From contig OZ251518.1 of the NCBI GenBank assembly GCA_965242965.1, forward strand, positions 4,000,001 to 4,064,000: a stretch of 64,000 nt of DNA. Direction: 5' to 3'. Made by a program: the position numbers and the translations under genes. The notes under the pieces were generated by a model. It had not been told where the DNA came from, ran no database searches, and saw nothing but the letters and a program-made list of their open reading frames with translations. This DNA is from Candidatus Poribacteria bacterium (GTDB lineage: Bacteria; Poribacteria; WGA-4E; WGA-3G). This document shows positions 1 through 8,402 of this stretch, piece after piece. Position 1 is the first letter of the stretch, and every line of letters begins with the position of its first letter.

Positions 1-2292
1 TCCTGCGTCGCTGTCGTTGCTGCCCATTTGGAAGTCGCCGGCGGGAATCAGCACCATTTCAGTAGTATCTGGTATAGCAGCGGGTTTGGGACGTGCTTGT
101 GTTTCCAATTGGACATCCTGTTGCACCTCCTGACCTCCTTGTGTAACATCCCTCGCGCAACGAAAACCGAAGTGGCCGTCCGTGCTCGCTGGCGTATTGC
201 CGCCGCGACCGGCGACACGCAAATCCTGTGCGGTAAAGATCCAACTGCCGCCGCGCAACACGCGCGAGGTTGTAACGTTTTTGTAATTCGTCATCACTTC
301 CGTTAGGTTCATCTCGCCGGCGAGCGGATTCCGCCGCGTTGAACGCGCATAGGAATCATACGCATCAAGGCACCACTCCCACACATTGCCGGCCATATCG
401 TATAACCCATACCCATTCGGCGGATACGTGCCAACCGGCATTGTGTTTCCAACAGTCTTGTTGTAGTTTGCTTGGCTGATGTCAATTGCATTGCCCCACG
501 GGTATTTCTTGCCCACTAAGCCGCCGCGGGCGGCTTTCTCCCACTCTGCCTCTGTCGGGAGCCGTTTGCCGGCCCACTGCGCATACGCTATCGCTGCATA
601 CCAACTCACATGCCTTACCGGATGGTTCGATTTCCCACGGGGATAATTATTGCCATCCCAATGCATGAGGTAACCGTGGAAGTCAGTGGGCATGGCGAAC
701 TGCTCATCAATTTTGTCTTTTTGCCACTGTGGGTTTGCATCGACAAACGCCTTGAACTGTGCATTCGTCACTTCGTATTTATCGATGTAGAACGCGTCTA
801 CGTAAACGGTATGCATCGGTTTTTCATGGCTGTATGCCTCGTGGTCGTTGCTGCCCATTTGGAACTCGCCGGCGGGGATGAGCACCATTTCAGTAGAGGC
901 TGGCATAGCAGCGGGTTTGGGACGTGCTCGTTTCTCCAATTGAACATCCCACGGAACTTCTTGTCCACCCCTCAGTGTCACACCTCTCACTTGGCTTTTG
1001 TAACCGGGGAGTTCTATGCCAAGTTCTACCTGCTTTTCTCGCGTTGTTCCGGTGTCAACCTCAAAGCCGCGCAACGGCGTTTTGCCGATAGCGGCACCGT
1101 CAAGATAAACACTCGCGCCGTTCGGTGTGCTGGTCACCTGCAAGGTTGCGATGGTGGCAAACTTTTCCAATCGGACTGTCCATGGCATGCTTTGCCCACC
1201 TTTCAATGTCAAGGTTGTTGTTCGGCTTTTATAGCCTTCGGATTCCAAGCGGACATGAACCTGTTTGACGCGTCTCACCCCAGTGTCGATTTGATAGCCG
1301 CGCATCGGTGTTTTCCCGATGACAATCCCCTCAAGATAAACCGTCGCGCCGCGGGGAGTGCTTGTTACGTTTAACGTCGCTATTGTAGATAAGGCATCGC
1401 CAGGAGGAGGAGGTGCTTCCCGCGGCAAGACGAATACAAAATCCCCCTGGTTCAGTTTGGGGTTGTTGATTTTGCCATACTGCGGGTTTTGCCCACGGTT
1501 ATATTTCGGGACTTCGGTTTTCAGATAGAGCCCTAACTCCGCGCCGGTAATGTAACCGTCCGCAATAGGTTCCTGCGCGATGCCTTTAACGAGGTTCAGA
1601 AATGCCTCCTTAAAAACACTGTGATCTGGCACGGTTTCATCGGCGCGGCCGGCCGTGATGAATTGTCGCACGGGATATTTGACGTTGTTTGAGACATAAG
1701 GCGGCGGAATCTGGCTGCGCGCATTGAGAATCGTGCCAGAGAAACAGCTGTCAAACATAAACAGCACATGCCGTGACTGCATGCGCCGTGACTGCGTCAC
1801 CAGCGATTCCATGTCCACACTTTTGCTACCGTCGATGCCGTCGTTTTTTGGGAAAGGCGCGTCTACCATGACGAGGTATCCAAGGTGTTCGCCATCGGCA
1901 AGTTCCTCAGTGTAACCGTGGCCCGCGTAGTAGAAAAGGAGTCGGGCATCCTCGTTTTTTCCGTTCTGGACGAACGTCTCAAAGGCATCTTCAAACTTGT
2001 CTTTTGTCAGGTCGGTTTTGAGGGTGACGTTGAAGCCGTGTGTTTTGAGTGCCGCGGCGACTTCCTGCACGTCGCGAGTTGCGCCGGGCAGCGGGTCCCA
2101 GCCATTTCGGTAATTTCCGTTTCCGACGATGAGCGCGTAAGAGGCTTTATAGAGTTCAATCTCTTCGCCGGTGTTTGTTCGGACGCTGATTTTCATGCCG
2201 CGGTTGGTTTGCGGGCAGAGGTCTGGCGCGCCGATGAAAATGGCGGCACTACCAAAGACGATGGCAATAAGGGTGATGAATACGGTTTTCAT
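1..2292 (-). CDS. Secreted caspase (peptidase C14)-2xPEGA-FGE/CLec-FGE protein, runs off the window start
   Basis: Manual translation from ATG 2292 (MKTVFITLIAIVFG...) in frame to base 1: FYYAGHG, MFDSCFSG, two PEGA-like repeats, RVLRGGSW...GFRCAR, then a second EMVLIPAGDFQMGS domain. Paralog of 5225 and 8403. Confidence 0.85.
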   Translation of the reverse strand, partial: MKTVFITLIAIVFGSAAIFIGAPDLCPQTNRGMKISVRTNTGEEIELYKASYALIVGNGNYRNGWDPLPGATRDVQEVAAALKTHGFNVTLKTDLTKDKFEDAFETFVQNGKNEDARLLFYYAGHGYTEELADGEHLGYLVMVDAPFPKNDGIDGSKSVDMESLVTQSRRMQSRHVLFMFDSCFSGTILNARSQIPPPYVSNNVKYPVRQFITAGRADETVPDHSVFKEAFLNLVKGIAQEPIADGYITGAELGLYLKTEVPKYNRGQNPQYGKINNPKLNQGDFVFVLPREAPPPPGDALSTIATLNVTSTPRGATVYLEGIVIGKTPMRGYQIDTGVRRVKQVHVRLESEGYKSRTTTLTLKGGQSMPWTVRLEKFATIATLQVTSTPNGASVYLDGAAIGKTPLRGFEVDTGTTREKQVELGIELPGYKSQVRGVTLRGGQEVPWDVQLEKRARPKPAAMPASTEMVLIPAGEFQMGSNDHEAYSHEKPMHTVYVDAFYIDKYEVTNAQFKAFVDANPQWQKDKIDEQFAMPTDFHGYLMHWDGNNYPRGKSNHPVRHVSWYAAIAYAQWAGKRLPTEAEWEKAARGGLVGKKYPWGNAIDISQANYNKTVGNTMPVGTYPPNGYGLYDMAGNVWEWCLDAYDSYARSTRRNPLAGEMNLTEVMTNYKNVTTSRVLRGGSWIFTAQDLRVAGRGGNTPASTDGHFGFRCARDVTQGGQEVQQDVQLETQARPKPAAIPDTTEMVLIPAGDFQMGSNDSDAG

Positions 2293-2364
2293 GATGGCGC
2301 GGATTTTAGCATGTTACGCCTTAAAAAGCAAGGGTATTTTCTCTATAATCAGAAAAACGTCCCA

Positions 2365-2606
2365 GTGCGCGCGTAGGGCGAGGGCCTGTCCCTCGCCGTG
2401 CTGGGTTCTGATTCCCGTTGCGCGCGTAGGGCGAGGGCCTGTCCCTCGCCGTGCTGCGGTCTAACGCCTCGGGAGTTCGTAGGGCGCGGGCCTGTCCCTC
2501 GCCATGCTGGGTTCTGGTTTTGCATCGAGACCAGGAGGTCTCTCCTACCGGTGTTGCATCGAGACCAGGAGGTCTCTCCTACCGGGGCCGCCTGTCCCTC
2601 GCCCTA
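2365..2606. repeat. REP cluster (GTAGGGCGAGGGCCTGTCCCTCGCC x3-4; ATCGAGACCAGGAGGTCTCTCCTAC x2)
   Basis: Directly visible palindromic repeats. The last REP supplies the TAG stop of the 2604..4253 gene. Confidence 0.9.
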
Positions 2607-4253
2607 CGGTTGTGTGGCGTTTTTGCTAAGCGTCGTAATCACAAGACGCGCTTCACTCTGTTGCGCATGAGGACGTTGCTGCTTCTTTTTCATCCCGCGA
2701 AAAGCGCGAGCTGCCTGTTCAGCATCTTCTGCCTTCAAAAATAGATACCCATCGCTTTCGTAGGACTCGATGACTGGAAACTTATCGGTCCGCGCCGCGA
2801 CGATAAGCAATTCTGCGCCAAACGGAGCTGCACACTCAAACTCTTCCGGAATCTCAACAACACGATTAACCTTCGACTCATCGATATAGTAGTTGTCATA
2901 GAGGAGCGTGTGCCGGCCATCGGCAAGGATATAGAGGATGCGGATGTAAGCCGCTTGATTGACACGGACAGAAACCAGCATTGTCTCGCCTTCGGTATAA
3001 AGCGGATGCTCACTCGGGCTGTTTGTCCAGACATCCACCCGCAGCGCGCCACTGACGAATTCGCCTTCGGCAAACGCTTTTTGTGATATGAGAGCCGCCT
3101 GCCAATTTTGCGGTTTGAAGTCCATATCCGTAAGGCGCGAGAAGGTGACTGCGGTGCCAGCCTTGACTGCACCGGTATCGACATCGCGCAGCGTCGTCCG
3201 AAGGGTGATTGCATCGCTGTTTTCCCAATAGGTGCCGGAGAGCAGCAACGTCGCGCCCGCACTTTTGGTAAAATCGCGCATCAGTTGCGCGGAACGGGGA
3301 CGAACGTTTCCGCGGGAACGGTGCTTTTCAGTGACGGTGTGCCACTTGCCGATTTGTCCGAGTTGTGCCTCCAGCGCGGCGCGGAATTCACGCGAAAAAC
3401 GGCTATTCATCTGCGTATCTTGATAGGTAGGGGCTACCAGCAACACTTTCCCTGCGAGGTGACGCACCTGTTTTGAGAGTTGAAAGACAACGGCACGCGC
3501 AATATCATCAACGGAAGTGATTGCGGCAGTTGAGACGAGGTGCTCAACGCGATTCATTACCTCGGTGTGCGACATCAGGGGACTATCTCCCACGCCGGAA
3601 TCGCCTTTTGTGGCTCTTTCCAATTCGGCGAAGGCGGTGTCTGCAGAAATCGCGACCGGGAGGGCGCGCCTACTGGAGAGTTTTGCCACCGTCAAGATAG
3701 TCTCCGCCTCTTTCAACGCTTCGTAAAGCGGCGCGGTGCTCAGGTATTTCTCCACGGCGAGAGAGATTTTATCCTCGTTTTCTGCGGTGTGGGCATCGGC
3801 AAGGATGCGCCGGATTTCGGCGCGGCGTTGGACAGCGCGTTGCGTATAGAGCCGCTTGAGCTCGGCGCGCGAAATCCATGCGAGGACATACGCGGTATGC
3901 TGGCCATCGTAATGCTCAAGCGAAAGTCCCATCAGTTGCAGCGCAGTGGAACTTTGAGTGGTTGCACTGAAATGTTCGGAGACACCGTGCCTCGTCTCTT
4001 CCTCGCCGGTGGAAATAACGCTTTTGATGTTTGTGACAATGTGGCGAGAAACTTCTGCGCGGGCGTTGTCTGCGGCAATCTGGCGTGATTCGGCACCGTT
4101 CCCCTGCGCACTCCCGAAGCCGACGAGATAACTGTGTGATGGATGCCTTTTGGACACGCCGAAGTTGCGGACCCAATCGGGTGCGTCGGCGTGCGCGGTT
4201 GTGGTGAGGGAGATAAGGAATATGAAAAATAGAGAGATGCGCGTGGTTTTCAT
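2604..4253 (-). CDS. Secreted LPP20-like / FlgO-like / DUF4384-like domain protein
   Basis: 549 aa with signal peptide; PDWV...YLVGFGSA...AADNARAEVS (LPP20-like); C-terminal VDVWTN...YTEGE...PFGAELL (DUF4384-like). Confidence 0.65.
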   Translation of the reverse strand: MKTTRISLFFIFLISLTTTAHADAPDWVRNFGVSKRHPSHSYLVGFGSAQGNGAESRQIAADNARAEVSRHIVTNIKSVISTGEEETRHGVSEHFSATTQSSTALQLMGLSLEHYDGQHTAYVLAWISRAELKRLYTQRAVQRRAEIRRILADAHTAENEDKISLAVEKYLSTAPLYEALKEAETILTVAKLSSRRALPVAISADTAFAELERATKGDSGVGDSPLMSHTEVMNRVEHLVSTAAITSVDDIARAVVFQLSKQVRHLAGKVLLVAPTYQDTQMNSRFSREFRAALEAQLGQIGKWHTVTEKHRSRGNVRPRSAQLMRDFTKSAGATLLLSGTYWENSDAITLRTTLRDVDTGAVKAGTAVTFSRLTDMDFKPQNWQAALISQKAFAEGEFVSGALRVDVWTNSPSEHPLYTEGETMLVSVRVNQAAYIRILYILADGRHTLLYDNYYIDESKVNRVVEIPEEFECAAPFGAELLIVAARTDKFPVIESYESDGYLFLKAEDAEQAARAFRGMKKKQQRPHAQQSEARLVITTLSKNATQP

Positions 4254-4646
4254 AGCGATCCTTGGAGAACAGATTCTAGCCTATCGTAATATAGCATCGG
4301 ATCGATTAAAAGGCAAGCGTTTTTTTAATCAGGATTTGCAGGATTTGCAAGATTAGAGGACATTCGCGTTATGGAAATCTGCTGGAGGTCTGAATTTTCT
4401 TTCCATTGATCTTTGTGATAGATCTAGACCGCAAGACGATCCGAGTTGACAATAAAGCGCAGATCTGAAGAAAAATTGATTGCGATCAAAAAAATAAAAT
4501 TGGATTTAGATATTCGCAAAAGAATACTATATTAAGCCTAGTAGGAGTTTTCAGGTGCCATTCGTCGCGCGGGAGAAAATGCTCCCGCTTCTTGTGCAAT
4601 CACTTGTTAGTGACTCTGAAATTAATATATAATAAGGAGAAAAATA

Positions 4647-4976
4647 ATGCAATTTGAAAGGAAGACGAAATCCGAGACAACAGAAACAGTAAAAATCTCT
4701 ACAGATCCAGCGGAGAGGGCCCATGTTCGGGTTAATCAAAAATCCGGTGAATATGAGATCACTACCTCGCCAATTCCCTGTGATCACAAATCGGGTGAAT
4801 GTAAAGTCATCACCTTGCGAATTCCTTCCATAGGTGGTTGTCTACGCAGATGCCTCACCTTCGTTAAGGATTGGAATTTTCTGTTCCAGGCAGTTAGATT
4901 CGTCATGGAGAACTTCCCAGAGTTTGTCTTAATTGTCTGGGCTTTGTTCCGTTTTCTAGGTGTTATGCCCAATTAG
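4647..4976 (+). CDS. Hypothetical 109-aa protein with C-terminal hydrophobic segment
   Basis: AAGGAG SD before ATG; lies in an AT-rich segment. Confidence 0.55.
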   Translation: MQFERKTKSETTETVKISTDPAERAHVRVNQKSGEYEITTSPIPCDHKSGECKVITLRIPSIGGCLRRCLTFVKDWNFLFQAVRFVMENFPEFVLIVWALFRFLGVMPN

Positions 4977-5224
4977 TTTCTGTAGTTCGGGATCGCCTGA
5001 TCCCGAACAGTCAAGATCGCTTGGAAACCAGTATGCCAGAGTTTCAGGCGATTTTGACCTACAGAGACGAGGCAAATCAACGTCAGTTGGTATTAGAGGG
5101 AAATCTTTATGCAAACAAGGCATGCTATCGGATAATTGGATAGTTTTGTTCGTCTTTTTGTGCAAAGGTGCAATTACTTGTAGTGCTACTATCTGCAAGA
5201 ACAGAAGGGGTAAAGGAGTTAGGG

Positions 5225-8092
5225 TTAAGGGGTAACATCCTTCGCGCAACGAAAACCGAGGTTGACGGCCGTGAACGTTGGCGGATTCCTGTTGCGATTG
5301 GCGACACGCAAGGCCAGCACTGACGAGAGCCAACTGCCGCCGCGCAACACGCGGTCATTGTGGTCCTGAACCTTCGCGAAGCCATCTTCAACCCATCCTC
5401 CCGCCACCGGATTCCGATGTGGCGAACGCCTATAGAAAGCTGCCTCCCACTCATCAATGCACCACTCGTAGACATTGCCCGCCATATTGTGTAATCCGTA
5501 TCCGTTCGCCGGGTAACTGCCGACAGGGGCAATGAACGCGTGCCCATCGTTCACACTGTCATCTGTCCAAGTTATCCAATCAATATTGAGGTTAGCTAGA
5601 GTGACATCGGCGAAGTTACACTGCGTTCCATCCGGCGCACTGTTACCCCACGGGTATTTCTTGCCTTCCAAGCCGCCGCGTGCGGCTTTCTCCCACTCTG
5701 CCTCTGTCGGGAGCCGTTTGCCGGCCCACTGCGCATACGCCATCGCTGCATACCAACTCACGAACATCACAGGGTGGGTGTCTTCCCCACTCGGATAACT
5801 GTTCTCCGTCCAGGAGTCTAGGTAGTCTCCATCATGATATTTGTCAGGGATGTTGTCCTTCCGCCACTGTGGGTTTGCATTGACAAACGCCTTGAACTGC
5901 GCGTTCGTCACCTCGTATTTGTCCATGTAGAATGCACCGACGTAAACGGTATGCACAGGTCTTTCATTGCCTTCCGTGTTGCTGTCGTTGCTGCCCATTT
6001 GGAACTCGCCGGCGGGGATCAGCGCCATATCCGCGCCATCTTGTCCAAGAATCGTTGATGGGTGCGCGCCTTGCTGAGGGATTGCCTGTTTTTCCAATTG
6101 GACATCTCGCGGTCCCTCCTGACCTCCTTGCGTAACAGCCCTCGCGCAACGAAAACCGATGAGGTTGAACGTGGCCGTGGGCGGCCTGCTGTTGCGATCG
6201 GCGACATGCAAGCTCCGTGCGACGAAGCCCCACGACCCGCCGCGCAACACGCGGGCATTGTGGGTCTGAACCTTCGCGAAGCCATCTCCAACCCATCCCC
6301 CCGCTACCGGATTCCGATGTGGAGAACGCGAATAGAAAGCTGCATCCCACTCATCAATGCACCACTCGTGGACATTGCCCGCCATATTGTGTAATCCGTA
6401 TCCGTTCGCCGGGTAACTGCCGACAGGGGCAGTGAACGCGTGACCATCGTTCACATTGTCATTTGTCCAAGTTATCTCATCAATATTGCGGTTAGCCAGA
6501 GTGACATCGGCGAAGTTACACTGCGTTCCGTCCGGCGCACTGTTGCCCCACGGGTATTTCTTGCCTTCCAAGCCGCCGCGTGCGGCTTTCTCCCACTCTG
6601 CCTCTGTTGGGAGCCGTTTGCCGGCCCACTGCGCATACGCCATCGCCGCATACCAGCTTACAAGAACAACTGGATGGTTACCGGCCCCACTCGGATAGTC
6701 GTTGCCATTCCAGAGGTTGAGGTAGTAGCCATTGTGGTATTTGTCAGGGATGTTGTCCTTCTGCCACTGTGGGTTTGCGTCGACAAACGCCTTGAACTGC
6801 GCGTTCGTCACCTCGTATTTGTCCATGTAGAATGCATTGATGTAAACGGTATGCACTGGTTTTTCATAGTCTTCTGCCTCGCTGTCGTTGCTGCCCATTT
6901 GGAACTCGCCGGCGGGGATGAGCACCATCTCGGCACCGTCTCGTCCAATTATCGTCGGAGCAAGCGTTGATTCTAAGGCGACATCCCAGGGGAGGTTTTG
7001 TCCACCTGTCACTGTAACGTTTTTCATTAGGTTTTTGTAACCAGCGAGTTCTAAGCCGATTTCTATCTGCTTTTCACGCCTGATTCCCGTGTCAATCTCC
7101 TGGTTGTGTAATGGCGTTTTTCCGACAGCGGCCCCATCAACGTAGACTGTTGCACCGCTGGGAGTGCTCGTTATATGCAACGTTGCGAGTGTAGGGAGTT
7201 CGGCAGTGTTTCGCTGCGGTAGCACGAAGACAAAATCGCCCTTATCTAACTTCGGGTCTTGGATTTTACCGTATTGTGGGTGTTGCGCCTCGTTGTATAT
7301 CGGGACCTGATTCTTCAGATACAATCCCAACTCCGCACCAGTGATATAACCATCGCGGAACGGTTCGGCAGCGCGGCCGTCAATGAGGTCAAGGAACGCT
7401 GTTTTGAACACGCTCCGGTCAGGCACGGGTTCGTTCGCGCGCCCGGCGGTGATGAATTGCCGCACGGGATGCCGAATGTTATCCGAAATGCTCTCGGGTC
7501 TCACCCGGTCGCGTGCATTCAAAATAGTGCCGGAGAAGCAGCAGTCAAACAGGAACAGGACATGCCGTGCGAGTATCGCCTTGGATTCACCGACAAGCGT
7601 TTCCATGTTGACGCTTTCTCGGACAAAGCCGAGTTTGTCGATGTCAGGTTCTGGTGCGTCTACCATGACGAGATACCCGCGTTCCTGGGCGTTGGCAAGT
7701 GGCAGGGTGTAACCGTGTCCTGCATAGTAAAAGAGGAGACGGTTGTTTTCGTCTGCCCCGTGCTCTAACACGAATGTGAGGAATGCGTCCTCAAATTCAT
7801 CTGCGGTGAGATCGGTTTTAAGGGTGACGTTGAAGTCGTGTGTTTGGAGTGCCTCGGCGACTTCTTTCACGTCTTGTATCGCGCCCGGCAGCGGGTCCCA
7901 TCCGTTAGTGTAGTTTCCATTTCCGATGACGAGTGCGTAAGAGGCGTTGTAGAGTTCAATGTGTTCGCCGGCACTGGTGCGGACGCTAATTTTCATGCCG
8001 CGGCGGGTTTGTGGGTGCAGCGTTGTGGTGCCGATGAAAATGAGGGCACCACAGAGCAAAACAACAAAAAGTGAGATGCTAAAGATTTTCAC
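5225..8092 (-). CDS. Secreted caspase-PEGA-2x FGE/CLec protein (putative DGR target)
   Basis: Likely GTG start at 8092 after GAGGTG SD; FYYAGHG and FDCCFSG His-Cys dyad; ITSTPSGATVYVDG..GKTP (PEGA); two RLPTEAEWEKAARGG...RGGSW...GFRC domains. Confidence 0.9.
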   Translation of the reverse strand: MKIFSISLFVVLLCGALIFIGTTTLHPQTRRGMKISVRTSAGEHIELYNASYALVIGNGNYTNGWDPLPGAIQDVKEVAEALQTHDFNVTLKTDLTADEFEDAFLTFVLEHGADENNRLLFYYAGHGYTLPLANAQERGYLVMVDAPEPDIDKLGFVRESVNMETLVGESKAILARHVLFLFDCCFSGTILNARDRVRPESISDNIRHPVRQFITAGRANEPVPDRSVFKTAFLDLIDGRAAEPFRDGYITGAELGLYLKNQVPIYNEAQHPQYGKIQDPKLDKGDFVFVLPQRNTAELPTLATLHITSTPSGATVYVDGAAVGKTPLHNQEIDTGIRREKQIEIGLELAGYKNLMKNVTVTGGQNLPWDVALESTLAPTIIGRDGAEMVLIPAGEFQMGSNDSEAEDYEKPVHTVYINAFYMDKYEVTNAQFKAFVDANPQWQKDNIPDKYHNGYYLNLWNGNDYPSGAGNHPVVLVSWYAAMAYAQWAGKRLPTEAEWEKAARGGLEGKKYPWGNSAPDGTQCNFADVTLANRNIDEITWTNDNVNDGHAFTAPVGSYPANGYGLHNMAGNVHEWCIDEWDAAFYSRSPHRNPVAGGWVGDGFAKVQTHNARVLRGGSWGFVARSLHVADRNSRPPTATFNLIGFRCARAVTQGGQEGPRDVQLEKQAIPQQGAHPSTILGQDGADMALIPAGEFQMGSNDSNTEGNERPVHTVYVGAFYMDKYEVTNAQFKAFVNANPQWRKDNIPDKYHDGDYLDSWTENSYPSGEDTHPVMFVSWYAAMAYAQWAGKRLPTEAEWEKAARGGLEGKKYPWGNSAPDGTQCNFADVTLANLNIDWITWTDDSVNDGHAFIAPVGSYPANGYGLHNMAGNVYEWCIDEWEAAFYRRSPHRNPVAGGWVEDGFAKVQDHNDRVLRGGSWLSSVLALRVANRNRNPPTFTAVNLGFRCAKDVTP

Positions 8093-8191
8093 GGGATTCA
8101 CCTCTTCAAGAAGAACGATTTTGGGCAAGGTTACGAAGAATTTCCTGCGGAGATGGTTGCCGGCCAGCAGAAAACCGAAAACCAAATGACG

Positions 8192-8229
8192 TTGACATTA
8201 ATTATACACAAAATGTTGATTAATGTCAA
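8192..8229 (-). promoter_or_regulatory. Consensus sigma70 promoter with overlapping 11-bp inverted repeat
   Basis: Minus strand TTGACA-17-TATAAT; TTGACATTAAT (8192-8202) / ATTAATGTCAA (8219-8229). Confidence 0.75.
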
Positions 8230-8402
8230 AGTTGTGGGGAAATTTCATGGCAATTCAGTTTTCCTCATAACCACTTTTCGTTTGATAGGCACGCAACTGA
8301 CTGGAAAACGGAACGCCTCTCTCCTCGGGTTGTGCCGAAGTTTGATTATTTGTGATGCCTTTTCTATAAACAGCAGATCAGAAGAGGTAAAGGTGTGACG
8401 AA

